A stretch of 20,000 nt of DNA, from IMG/VR virus record IMGVR_UViG_3300035670_000135, positions 57,565-77,564 of that record. The stretch is one strand, 5' to 3'. Position numbers and translations under genes: made by a program. Source of the DNA: an uncultured virus (IMG/VR IMGVR_UViG_3300035670_000135) (lineage: Duplodnaviria; Heunggongvirae; Uroviricota; Caudoviricetes). Below the pieces are notes generated by a model. That model was not told the origin of the DNA. It saw nothing but the letters and a program-made list of their open reading frames with translations, and searched no databases. Shown in pieces: positions 9,885-17,856 of the stretch; the first letter of the stretch is position 1, and the number at the start of each line of letters is the position of its first letter.

Positions 9885-9925
9885 ATATATCAGTGGGATG
9901 CTGCGGTTTAGTCATAAAGGACAGC

Positions 9926-10153
9926 ATGTTAAATCTTAATGAATTAGGTGTAGAACTCTTTATCAAAAGGGCAAAAGACATATCCCCATTTTGGGATAAT
10001 TATGATTTAATTATATGGAAAAAGGATTCTTCTGGATTTACTGATAAAAACGGGATGTTTAGAAAAAACTCTTGGGGAATATCTAAGAGAATAAAAGTAA
10101 ATAATATTGGAGTCTGGGAGCTCCCTAAAAAATATGTCAAATATTTTAGATAA
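9926..10153 (+). CDS. Hypothetical protein
   Basis: ATG 9926 follows AAAGGA and is in frame with track ORF 9893; Trp-rich beta-type sequence. Confidence 0.75.
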   Translation: MLNLNELGVELFIKRAKDISPFWDNYDLIIWKKDSSGFTDKNGMFRKNSWGISKRIKVNNIGVWELPKKYVKYFR

Positions 10154-10445
10154 TTTAGGGGTAGATCCAGAAGACTTCTCTTGGTGGCATCTAGCAGTAT
10201 GTCGAGGAATGGAAACAAATCTATTCTATGATAAGTACGAATCTGATGTTAACGTTGCCAATAACATAGACGAGGCATGCATGTCTTGTCCAGTTATGAA
10301 AATGTGTTTTGATTCTGGAGTTAAAAATTCAGAATACGGAGTATGGGGAGGAGTTTATTTGTCATCTGGAGAAATAGACAAGTCAAAAAATTTACATAAG
10401 ACCCCAGAAGCCTGGAAGAAGCTAAGGAGTAAAGGTGTCGCTTAA
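10134..10445 (+). CDS. whiB: WhiB-family Fe-S transcription factor
   Basis: W..LAVC....LFY...C-x2-C-P-x4-C...YGVWGG signature; first ATG at 10134. Confidence 0.92.
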   Translation: MSNILDNLGVDPEDFSWWHLAVCRGMETNLFYDKYESDVNVANNIDEACMSCPVMKMCFDSGVKNSEYGVWGGVYLSSGEIDKSKNLHKTPEAWKKLRSKGVA

Positions 10446-10764
10446 CGATAGTAAGCATTTTTACGACAATAATCATTTTAAGTATGGAATTAATCAATGG
10501 ACGGGCGAACCCAATAAGCCAGTATTTTACACAGAAGAAATGAAGAAGCGGGTAAGAGAAATTAAAAAGCCAATGCTTCTTTTGATGGATGTAGCAATGT
10601 ATCCAGACTTTCTAGCATTAAGATTATATGAAGACAATTTTTTACAATTTGACGGATCTAAAAAAGAAGAAGTAATAGATTATGTTTCAAAAGTTAAAAA
10701 ACTCATAGAATCCTATGGAGTAAGATGCGAGCTGGAGGGTATACCTAGTGGAAGAGTATTATGA
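10435..10764 (+). CDS. Hypothetical protein
   Basis: Overlapping tiling; SD AAGGAG before the GTG. Confidence 0.75.
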   Translation: MSLNDSKHFYDNNHFKYGINQWTGEPNKPVFYTEEMKKRVREIKKPMLLLMDVAMYPDFLALRLYEDNFLQFDGSKKEEVIDYVSKVKKLIESYGVRCELEGIPSGRVL

Positions 10765-10948
10765 GATTATCAATATCGTATATGTATACCCAGAAAAAGT
10801 ATATGGAACAGTTGAACAACTTGGAGCATTTGCTTCGATGGTAAAGTATCAAAAAGATGGGACTGATCACGAAGTTCTTTTAGAAAATGACGAATTCGCA
10901 ATAGTTGACGAAATCGTATTTCATCATGTAGAGGAAAATAATGAATAA
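10748..10948 (+). CDS. Hypothetical protein
   Basis: GGAGG SD; tiles between its neighbours. Confidence 0.7.
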   Translation: MEEYYEIINIVYVYPEKVYGTVEQLGAFASMVKYQKDGTDHEVLLENDEFAIVDEIVFHHVEENNE

Positions 10949-11177
10949 AATATTATGCTATAGTTGTAATAAAAACAAGCATAAATTAAATGCAAAGAAA
11001 TCCTCTTTGCTGCCGATTAATTTGCTAATGTGTGAGACTTGCATAAATGCAAAATTGGAGCCAAGGTGGGTTATAATTTTGGCGGGCAGATCAAGTGGTG
11101 CAGATCATGTAAGAGACTTTGTCCTTAAGAAACGCTATTTAGGCAATGAAATATCTGCCTCAGAATTATTAGTTTAG
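10941..11177 (+). CDS. Hypothetical CxxC...CxxC zinc-binding protein
   Basis: CYSC and CETC motifs; SD GAGG. Confidence 0.75.
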   Translation: MNKILCYSCNKNKHKLNAKKSSLLPINLLMCETCINAKLEPRWVIILAGRSSGADHVRDFVLKKRYLGNEISASELLV

Positions 11178-11206
11178 GGTCTAAATAAAGGTATAATTAA
11201 TCTATT

Positions 11207-11515
11207 ATGGATTATACCTCAATCGTTTTGGCTATTTCTGCCGCTATACTTTCTGGGATGGGAACAGCAATTATCGCTGGCGTAAAGGATGCTAAAAAAG
11301 AAAAAATACGCCAGCAGGAGAGAGCTCAAGACCTCCTTAAATTAGAAATAAAAGATCTTAAAATATCTTTATATAAGCTTGAGAGGGACCTGACAGAGTG
11401 GAAAGACAAATATTATAATGCTATTCAGGACCTAATTGTAGTAAAGGCAGAGCTTGAAAATGCCTTGACGCAATTAAATTTAATTGAATTAAACGAGCTG
11501 GACTCCGAAATTTAA
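11207..11515 (+). CDS. N-terminally membrane-anchored coiled-coil protein
   Basis: Hydrophobic N-terminus followed by a heptad pattern; TATAAT at 11192-11197. Confidence 0.75.
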   Translation: MDYTSIVLAISAAILSGMGTAIIAGVKDAKKEKIRQQERAQDLLKLEIKDLKISLYKLERDLTEWKDKYYNAIQDLIVVKAELENALTQLNLIELNELDSEI

Positions 11516-11534
11516 AAATAGTACAATAGGGTAT

Positions 11535-12101
11535 ATGACCTGTATAGTAGCCCTCGCAGTTGGAAATAAAGTCTATCTTGGAGGAGACTCCGCCGCATCT
11601 GATGAAAAGTCTGGACTAATTCTACAAGTAACAGACTCTAAGGTTTTTAAAATAGGACAATACGGCATAGGCTTTGTTGATAGTTTTAGAATGGGCCAAA
11701 TCTTACAATACAACTGGACACCGCCTATCTATAAGCCAACTACAGGATTTAAAAACTTAGATAAGTTTATGAGAACAAAATTTGTTCAATCCGTAAAAGA
11801 AGCCTATCAGGAACATGGATATGGAAAGTTTGGATCAAACACAGAAGATGGTGACGAAGGTGGAATTATAATTATTGCAGTACAAAACACAGGTAGAATT
11901 TTTATTATGGACGTAGACTTTCATATATCTGAAGTGGATGTAGAATATTTAGCAGAGGGAAGCGGTCAACAGGTGGCATTAGGATCATTGTTCTCTACAG
12001 CCGCCGTAAAAACCCCCCGCAAGCGTGTAAGAACAGCCTTAGAGGCGGCTTCTAAGTTCATAATGACCGTAAGAGGCCCCTTTACAATAATTGAAGTCTA
12101 G
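11535..12101 (+). CDS. HslV/proteasome-beta-like N-terminal threonine (Ntn) protease
   Basis: M-T-C-I-V start, GGDS, Lys in DSKVF, and AEGSG motif; TACAAT 7 nt upstream. Confidence 0.8.
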   Translation: MTCIVALAVGNKVYLGGDSAASDEKSGLILQVTDSKVFKIGQYGIGFVDSFRMGQILQYNWTPPIYKPTTGFKNLDKFMRTKFVQSVKEAYQEHGYGKFGSNTEDGDEGGIIIIAVQNTGRIFIMDVDFHISEVDVEYLAEGSGQQVALGSLFSTAAVKTPRKRVRTALEAASKFIMTVRGPFTIIEV

Positions 12102-12115
12102 AGTATAATGAAGAT

Positions 12116-12463
12116 ATGAAGTGGCTGAATAGATTAGCCGCCCTACTGTTCGGACTTATATCAGTAGGTTTAATTAGAGACTTCTTTGATAAGCATACAG
12201 TAATCGTACTGGATAAAGAATTTGAAGAAGAGGAAGATGATATGGAAGATATAACAAATCTTAGACCAGATAATTATGATAATTCCATGGATCTCCGTGG
12301 CACCCCTACGCATGTATGCGCTTGTGGCTGCAATATATTTAATGTTAAAGTTATTTTTGATGATTATGAAATTGGTACATACTTTTTGGATATGGAATGT
12401 GCAAATTGTGGAAGTTTGGCAACTGCGCCGACTCCTATGGATAGAGAAGGATTAGATAATTGA
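12116..12463 (+). CDS. Hypothetical Zn-binding protein with an N-terminal hydrophobic helix
   Basis: HVCACGC...ECANCG; promoter TTTACA(12081)-N17-TATAAT(12104) ends 6 nt before the ATG. An alternative internal start is ATG 12242 after GAGGA. Confidence 0.75.
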   Translation: MKWLNRLAALLFGLISVGLIRDFFDKHTVIVLDKEFEEEEDDMEDITNLRPDNYDNSMDLRGTPTHVCACGCNIFNVKVIFDDYEIGTYFLDMECANCGSLATAPTPMDREGLDN

Positions 12464-12642
12464 GAAAATCTGAAAGATTAAGGCTGGCTGAGATGGAAAT
12501 AGTTAGACTTAATTATGAATTAGAATACGTAAAAGCCATGCTCTCTGTAATTATAGAGATGGGCGGAGGCAAAACACCAGATCTAGACGCTGGAAAATGG
12601 TATTCAAAGAAACAAAATAGGCCAGATATTCCAAATAACTAG
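12460..12642 (+). CDS. Hypothetical protein
   Basis: TTGA overlap; SD AAGGA. Confidence 0.7.
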   Translation: MRKSERLRLAEMEIVRLNYELEYVKAMLSVIIEMGGGKTPDLDAGKWYSKKQNRPDIPNN

Positions 12643-12645
12643 GTA

Positions 12646-12674
12646 TTGACCTACTGGCTAGAATTTAGTAGAAT
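12646..12674 (+). promoter_or_regulatory. Leaderless sigma70-type promoter
   Basis: TTGACC-N17-TAGAAT, with the ATG 7 nt downstream. Confidence 0.7.
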
Positions 12675-12681
12675 AGACCCT

Positions 12682-13596
12682 ATGAATAAAAAACTAATAA
12701 CTGCCGTATTGGCAGCAGTACTCACCATCACAACAACACATACGGTTGTAGCAAACACACAACCCGCAACAGTGGCAATTTTAGATACAGCCTTAAATTC
12801 TAGTTTGCCAGTTTTTAAAGACAAAGTAGTTCATGAAGTATGTATACTAGACTGGTCTTCTTGTGCAAATGGTAAAAACTTTATGGAGGGCCCAGGAGCG
12901 GCCTCTATGCCTATTTCACAGATGCTTAGAAATGGCTTCAATCACGGAACTAAAATGGCACATGCATCCATCTTAACAAATCCAAATGTAAAGATTGTAT
13001 TTGTTAGAATTGTCGGAGCAACGGTAAATGGCGATAGGCAAACTACCAATGAGTCAACATTTGTTAATGCTCTAACATGGGTATTAAATAACAAAGATAA
13101 ATACAACATCACTGCCGTAGCAATGTCGCAAGGACATGGAAATTATTTACGTGTAGCAGATTATTGTCCAGACACACCTCAAACAAGAGGATTGATCTCA
13201 TCATTAAATCAGGTAGGCGTCCCAGTATTTCTACCAGCAGGTAATGCAAGAGATTTAACTAGAGTATTTTGGCCATCATGCTTTACAGATGCAGTAACAG
13301 TTAGCGCAAGTTCTGTAACAGGCGGTCCTGCAGTATATACAAACTATGATAAGAATATTACAGATATGTTTGCCCTAGGACGGCTAAGAGTATCTGATGC
13401 TAATGGAATGCTGTTTAATGAAGATGGAACTTCTATATCCGTTCAAGTTGCAGCAGCCGTATATTATGGCTTAAAACAGATAAATCCTACTTACACAAGT
13501 GGACAAATCATTGATTTGATGAAGTCAAAAGGCAAAAGGCTAAGAAGCAAAACCATATCTGCATCAGTTGTAGGTAAGGATATGCTAAATGGCTAA
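12682..13596 (+). CDS. Secreted subtilisin-like (S8) serine protease
   Basis: Signal peptide MNKKLITAVLAAVL...; catalytic ILD, HGT, oxyanion AGN and GTS motifs. Start reassigned to 12682. Confidence 0.88.
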   Translation: MNKKLITAVLAAVLTITTTHTVVANTQPATVAILDTALNSSLPVFKDKVVHEVCILDWSSCANGKNFMEGPGAASMPISQMLRNGFNHGTKMAHASILTNPNVKIVFVRIVGATVNGDRQTTNESTFVNALTWVLNNKDKYNITAVAMSQGHGNYLRVADYCPDTPQTRGLISSLNQVGVPVFLPAGNARDLTRVFWPSCFTDAVTVSASSVTGGPAVYTNYDKNITDMFALGRLRVSDANGMLFNEDGTSISVQVAAAVYYGLKQINPTYTSGQIIDLMKSKGKRLRSKTISASVVGKDMLNG

Positions 13597-13807
13597 TAAT
13601 GTCACCGTTCTTGAGGGCATTATTGAAGATGTTGCTGTTGCGTTATATCAGAAATGGTATAACGCAATACCTTCAGGAAGAGTAAAAGAAGATTCAGAAG
13701 AAGCATTAGTATTAAAGAAAAATGCACAAGAAATTACATTATTTGTAATACAAATGTTTATGGATAAATTTAACGAAGAGGCGGAAAGATTAAAAAACGA
13801 GGACTAG
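13589..13807 (+). CDS. Hypothetical helical protein
   Basis: 8-nt overlap; SD AAGGA. Confidence 0.75.
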   Translation: MANNVTVLEGIIEDVAVALYQKWYNAIPSGRVKEDSEEALVLKKNAQEITLFVIQMFMDKFNEEAERLKNED

Positions 13808-13809
13808 TA

Positions 13810-13838
13810 TTGACTAGTCTTTCATTATTTAGTAGGAT
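13810..13838 (+). promoter_or_regulatory. sigma70-type promoter, possibly leaderless
   Basis: TTGACT-N17-TAGGAT, with the ATG 6 nt downstream. Confidence 0.65.
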
Positions 13839-13844
13839 AGGCAC

Positions 13845-14318
13845 ATGCAAACATTTTTACCAGAGGCGGACTTTGCAAATACTGCAAAGCATTTAGATCG
13901 CAAAAGACTTATCAAGCAGAGTGTAGAAAATCTGCAAGTATTAAAGTCTTTAGCTGGACTTTACAGTTCAGGTGCTTGGAAGAATCACCCAGCAGTCAAA
14001 ATGTGGGAGGGTCATGAAGACTGGCTCTTCTTATACAATGAGGCCATAGTCAAAGAGATCATCATGCGTGGCTATAAAAATAGCACAAGAAAGAAGTTTG
14101 ATGAGATATATCAAGAGAACTTCATGTTTCTCGAGTCTCAGGAGCCTTGGTGGTTAGGAGAAGAGCCTTTGCATTACTCTCATAAGGGCAGGCTCTACGA
14201 GAAGGACCCAGACAAGTATTATTTCTATCATGAATTTGCGGACTATAGGCGACTAGGATATACTTGCTGTGAATCTTGCAGTTACTACTGGCCTACTCAT
14301 GTGGAGGATAATGATTAA
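13845..14318 (+). CDS. Pyrimidine-dimer DNA glycosylase/DenV-like protein (MSMEG_6728-type)
   Basis: MQTFLP...LDRKRLIKQ.VE..Q...W.NHPAVKMWEG...PWWLG...SH...L..KDP..Y signature. Confidence 0.85.
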   Translation: MQTFLPEADFANTAKHLDRKRLIKQSVENLQVLKSLAGLYSSGAWKNHPAVKMWEGHEDWLFLYNEAIVKEIIMRGYKNSTRKKFDEIYQENFMFLESQEPWWLGEEPLHYSHKGRLYEKDPDKYYFYHEFADYRRLGYTCCESCSYYWPTHVEDND

Positions 14319-14616
14319 TTTAACAAAAGAAACTTTCAGCAAGTCTTTAGATGAAAATGATATAATTATAGTAGACTTCTGGGCGGACTGGTGTGGACCT
14401 TGTTTAAAGGTTGCTCCAATATTAGAAGAGTTAGAAGACGAGTACAAAGTACAAGTTTATAAAGTTCATGTAGATGAACAAACAGAGTTGGCACAAAAGT
14501 ATGAGATAACAAGTATTCCCACCTTGCTAGTATTTGAAAAAGGAATACCAGTAAAGAAACTTGTTGGAGCATACCCGAAGCACAAGCTCGTAAAGGAGCT
14601 TGAAGGATGGATTTAA
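14311..14616 (+). CDS. trxA: Thioredoxin
   Basis: VDFWADWCGPC active site and SIPT cis-Pro; ATG 14311 follows GGAGG. Confidence 0.93.
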   Translation: MINLTKETFSKSLDENDIIIVDFWADWCGPCLKVAPILEELEDEYKVQVYKVHVDEQTELAQKYEITSIPTLLVFEKGIPVKKLVGAYPKHKLVKELEGWI

Positions 14617-14840
14617 CATATGATGAATGGATGTCTTACGGAGTAGCAAAAGGTTGGTGCGGAGCTCCAGTATGTTACACCCATGACGGACTACCAATGT
14701 CCAACGAAGAAGATGCGGAATTTGCTGAAGGGCAAGATCCATGTATGCATATTGTTCGTATGTACGAGGATATTGAAATGAAAAAAAGAATAGAAGATAA
14801 TCATTCCCCATCAATTTGGCGGAATTCGTACACAAACTAA
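14607..14840 (+). CDS. Hypothetical protein
   Basis: SD AAGGAG; GWC..VC.THDG...DPC.H pattern, possibly metal-binding. Confidence 0.75.
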   Translation: MDLTYDEWMSYGVAKGWCGAPVCYTHDGLPMSNEEDAEFAEGQDPCMHIVRMYEDIEMKKRIEDNHSPSIWRNSYTN

Positions 14841-14887
14841 GTTTCTGCCTCAGAAAGAGACAGAATAATAAAGGAGAAACAAAAAGA

Positions 14888-16048
14888 ATGAAGTCATTCA
14901 AGAAAATCGCTCTAGCCGTGGTTGCAGCCATGACTATGGGTACTCTTATTGCAACACCTGCAAGTGCTGCTGTAATGACTGTTGCGCTAGATGTTAACGG
15001 AACTGCAAATACAACTGCTTCCGCTCTCGCTACGCCAGCACAATTACCAGTACCTTCTGATAACACAGTAGATGCTGCAGATGCTTTGAAGTTTGTTGCA
15101 ACTGTAGATACAGGAACAGCCGTTACTGTAACTGCTACAAATGCAACTATCGTATCAGCATTGCATACTTCTGCTGCACCAGTAACTGCAAGCTCAGGCT
15201 CATCAAGCCTTACAATTGCAACTGGTACAGGAACAACTGCAACGTTTTACGTATATACTAAAACGACAGCTATTGGTACTGTTGTTGTAACAAATCAGGG
15301 AACAACCCTAACATATTATGTACAAGGAACTGCTGGCAAGATTAATACTCTTGCTGTATCAGCTCCTGCAAATGGTGCTGCTGGAACAAAGCAGACCATC
15401 ACTATATCGGCAACCGACGTATTCGGAAACAAAGTTTCTGGAAAGTCAATTACTGGCCGTGTATTCGGATCAGGTGGAACGCTTGAAACAACAACCGCTA
15501 CAACTGGTGCAACCCTTGCAACCTTTGGAGTGGCAGAATTTAAGCTAACACTTCCAACAACTTCAACACGCTCTCTCGTAGAGTTCTCGTTGACAACTGC
15601 TAGCGATGGAGAGTCTGCTGACGTGGCAGGGCTAACTGCTCGCACACTCGCTCCATATGCAGAAATTGGAGTCCGTGATCTTGCTGCAGAACTAGCCGCT
15701 AAAGAAGCAGATCTTGCTGCAGAGAAGACTGCACGTGCTGCCGATAAGGCTGCTGCTGACAAGGCTCTAGCAGATGCAAAGGCTGAGGCTGACACTGCTG
15801 CGATTAAGGCTGCTGCAGAACTTGTAACTGCAAATGCTGAAGTTGCAAAACTAAAGGCTGAAGCAGTAACTGCAAAGGCTGCTGCAGATAAGGCTCTAGC
15901 AGATGCTACTGCTGCACACGCTGCAGAATTGGCTAAAGTTAAGGCTGATAATGATTCTGCAATTGCAGATCTAAAGAAGGCGTTTAACAAATTAGCAAAG
16001 AAGTGGAATAAGAAAAACCCTTCCGCAAAGGTTGCTTTAATCAAGTAA
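14888..16048 (+). CDS. Secreted Thr/Ala-rich surface (S-layer/Ig-like) protein with a C-terminal Ala/Lys coiled coil
   Basis: SD AAGGAG; signal peptide MKSFKKIALAVVAAM...PASA; beta-rich body including TDVFGN; repeated AAADKALADA; basic tail; strong GCT/GCA/ACT/ACA codon bias. Confidence 0.8.
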   Translation: MKSFKKIALAVVAAMTMGTLIATPASAAVMTVALDVNGTANTTASALATPAQLPVPSDNTVDAADALKFVATVDTGTAVTVTATNATIVSALHTSAAPVTASSGSSSLTIATGTGTTATFYVYTKTTAIGTVVVTNQGTTLTYYVQGTAGKINTLAVSAPANGAAGTKQTITISATDVFGNKVSGKSITGRVFGSGGTLETTTATTGATLATFGVAEFKLTLPTTSTRSLVEFSLTTASDGESADVAGLTARTLAPYAEIGVRDLAAELAAKEADLAAEKTARAADKAAADKALADAKAEADTAAIKAAAELVTANAEVAKLKAEAVTAKAAADKALADATAAHAAELAKVKADNDSAIADLKKAFNKLAKKWNKKNPSAKVALIK

Positions 16049-16055
16049 TCTAATG

Positions 16056-16094
16056 AAATAGGGGGCAGGGCCAAGTGTCTTGCCCCTTTATTTT
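16056..16094 (+). terminator. Intrinsic terminator
   Basis: GGGGCAGGGC-caagt-GTCTTGCCCC followed by TTTATTTT. Confidence 0.85.
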
Positions 16095-16114
16095 ATAAAT
16101 GATAGAATATAACT

Positions 16115-16267
16115 ATGGAATGGGATAATTTTGCAAGTATCAAAAAGCAATTTATTCATGACCTGACGAATGAATTGAGAGATTTAGAACTGCCTCCAGA
16201 GTGGAGTCCAAGAGATGTTCTAGGTTTTGTTATTAGAAAAATAGAAGATAAAGGTAAAAAAATATAA
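16115..16267 (+). CDS. 50-aa hypothetical protein (not in the ORF track)
   Basis: MEWDNFASIK...KGKKI; TGATAGAAT 6 nt upstream; TAATG coupling to the next gene. Confidence 0.75.
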   Translation: MEWDNFASIKKQFIHDLTNELRDLELPPEWSPRDVLGFVIRKIEDKGKKI

Positions 16268-16494
16268 TGTGGAAAAAATTAAAGCTATGGCTTTTCCCTA
16301 CTGAGGTGGAAGGCTTTAAATTCGATGCCGTTGATCGTGATAACGATGGACTAGTTCAAGAGGGAACCCCTTTTGAAAGAAAGGTGACTGTTGTGAAGAA
16401 AGCAGCAAAGAAGTCTCCAGCAAAAAAGAAGGCTCCTGCAAAGAAGTCTCCAGCTAAGAAGACCGTAAAGAAATCAACCCCAAAGAAGAAGTAA
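16267..16494 (+). CDS. Small protein with a DxDxDG motif and a histone-H1-like K/A/P tail
   Basis: DRDNDG followed by KKSPAKK repeats. Confidence 0.8.
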   Translation: MWKKLKLWLFPTEVEGFKFDAVDRDNDGLVQEGTPFERKVTVVKKAAKKSPAKKKAPAKKSPAKKTVKKSTPKKK

Positions 16495-16632
16495 ATGGGA
16501 AAACACCACGAAAAAATAGCTGCATCCCTGGAAATCCGAAGGAGAAACCATAAGGGTCCAGGCGGTAAGGTCCCAGGATCTATGAATAAGAAGAAAACTG
16601 GATATAACCGTGTGAAGGCTAGAAAATCATAA
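16495..16632 (+). CDS. 45-aa basic microprotein
   Basis: MGKHHEKIAASLEIRRRNHKGPGGKVPGSMNKKKTGYNRVKARKS; abuts the previous stop. Confidence 0.65.
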   Translation: MGKHHEKIAASLEIRRRNHKGPGGKVPGSMNKKKTGYNRVKARKS

Positions 16633-16634
16633 AA

Positions 16635-16757
16635 ATGGAATATAAAGAAAGGTGCGAAATGAAGGGTTGCGAGAACGATTCAACCAGATTCACCAGCACA
16701 GAAAGCAAATTTATTTTCATTTGCGATGATTGTTGGCACGAAAAGTATAAAATATGA
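16635..16757 (+). CDS. 40-aa Cys4 microprotein
   Basis: C-x4-C...CDDC; ATGA coupling to the next ORF. Confidence 0.65.
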   Translation: MEYKERCEMKGCENDSTRFTSTESKFIFICDDCWHEKYKI

Positions 16758-16864
16758 TCGAAAAAATAGCTAATATCATCTGGAGGGCGGTAGAGAAAAT
16801 CGCTGCCCTCCCAGACGACATCTTTGACATAGAAGATGACGAAAATGCTATAATAGAGGAATGA
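16754..16864 (+). CDS. 36-aa acidic microprotein
   Basis: MIEKIANIIWRAVEKIAALPDDIFDIEDDENAIIEE; ATGA overlaps at both ends. Confidence 0.55.
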   Translation: MIEKIANIIWRAVEKIAALPDDIFDIEDDENAIIEE

Positions 16865-16909
16865 GCGGCTTTCTAGAACCGCTTAAATACAAACCTATAG
16901 GAGAATAAA

Positions 16910-17068
16910 ATGTCAGACGGATTAAACTTAACAGGATTTAACGATACCAAGGCTGGAGCAACAAACAACCTTGACTTAAATCCAACTGGCCAAGAGCCAA
17001 AACCAGCATTCCCTGCAAAAGACGTGTCATCACAAGATGGCGCAGGTCTAGGCAACGGAGGCAAGTAA
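16910..17068 (+). CDS. 52-aa Gly/Asn-rich microprotein
   Basis: SD AGGAG; MSDGLNLTGF...GAGLGNGGK; upstream TGCTATAAT (16846-16854). Confidence 0.75.
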   Translation: MSDGLNLTGFNDTKAGATNNLDLNPTGQEPKPAFPAKDVSSQDGAGLGNGGK

Positions 17069-17069
17069 G

Positions 17070-17225
17070 ATGGAAAAGAAGCCTACTGCCGATACTTTTG
17101 GCAGCCAAACTGGCGAAGTAAGCATTCCAGGAGGAGTGCTTAATGTTTCAAGAGATGGCGAGTCAGGGCTTACGCTTAATATGACAGCAAGTCAACAGGA
17201 GAGATTGCGATTCATTAATGAATAA
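17070..17225 (+). CDS. 51-aa hypothetical protein
   Basis: SD GGAGG; tiles between its neighbours with an 8-nt overlap. Confidence 0.65.
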   Translation: MEKKPTADTFGSQTGEVSIPGGVLNVSRDGESGLTLNMTASQQERLRFINE

Positions 17226-17427
17226 TGGAACGGGAATGGATAGTCCTCCAACGGACCAGCCATCAGGAGCAGTCACTGCTGCAGAAGTTGGGCGAAAGAA
17301 ACCAAGTCAGGGCAAATTTAAATCTGGAATACAAGAGAAGAGACCTATTAAAATAGATCGTAATCGTCATGGTATTCGTAGAGAAACTACAATTGCTCCA
17401 AAAAAGACGAGGCCAAAGAAGGTATAG
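17218..17427 (+). CDS. Basic hypothetical protein
   Basis: ORF track; overlap with the previous gene. Confidence 0.65.
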   Translation: MNNGTGMDSPPTDQPSGAVTAAEVGRKKPSQGKFKSGIQEKRPIKIDRNRHGIRRETTIAPKKTRPKKV

Positions 17428-17431
17428 AGAA

Positions 17432-17472
17432 TTCCCCGCTAGTCCCCAATAGGACTTGGCGGGGAACTTATT
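17432..17472 (+). terminator. Strong hairpin, probable terminator
   Basis: TTCCCCGCTAGTCC-ccaata-GGACTTGGCGGGGAA, with a weak U-tract (CTTATT). Confidence 0.6.
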
Positions 17473-17571
17473 ATGTGTAAAGAGTGTGGAGATTGCACGA
17501 AAGAGTGCACAAGAACTATCGATACGTCTATCGATGAATTAGAAGAGTTAGGATTTTTACATGCAGATTGA
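17473..17571 (+). CDS. 32-aa Cys-rich microprotein
   Basis: MCKECGDCTKECTRTIDTSIDELEELGFLHAD. Confidence 0.5.
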   Translation: MCKECGDCTKECTRTIDTSIDELEELGFLHAD

Positions 17572-17768
17572 GGCGGCTGTTCGTGCAGTGCAAGCATGTT
17601 TATGAGTATGTTTATTCCAAGATATGCCCATATTGTGGCTCAGATACTCATGAGCCTGATCATGAAAAGCAACACAAGTTATTTGTAGAATACTATAAAT
17701 CAGAGGCTCCAAAGGCCTATATATGCCCTGTAGACGGCGGAACTATAAGGGGCTGGTGGTCAATCTAG
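17568..17768 (+). CDS. Hypothetical Cys/His protein (start TTG 17568 or GTG 17583)
   Basis: CKH...CPYCG..TH motif. Confidence 0.65.
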   Translation: MRRLFVQCKHVYEYVYSKICPYCGSDTHEPDHEKQHKLFVEYYKSEAPKAYICPVDGGTIRGWWSI

Positions 17769-17856
17769 CTATTGACTAATCTTCTATATATATTATATAA
17801 TACTCATTGTGACCAAAAGTGAAACGCAAAAGTGCGGCGAGAGATAGAAGGCGGAT

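Noticed and set aside
12646..12681. ORF-track N-terminal extensions (also 189, 1733, 9893, 10107, 14269, 14816, 18268)
   Set aside because: They overlap promoters or upstream genes; downstream starts have better SD, coupling, leaderless geometry or signal peptides.
15316..16074. 252-aa minus-strand ORF, and similarly 14527-15066
   Set aside because: Antisense shadow of the Ala/Thr-rich, codon-biased + strand gene; no independent expression signals seen.
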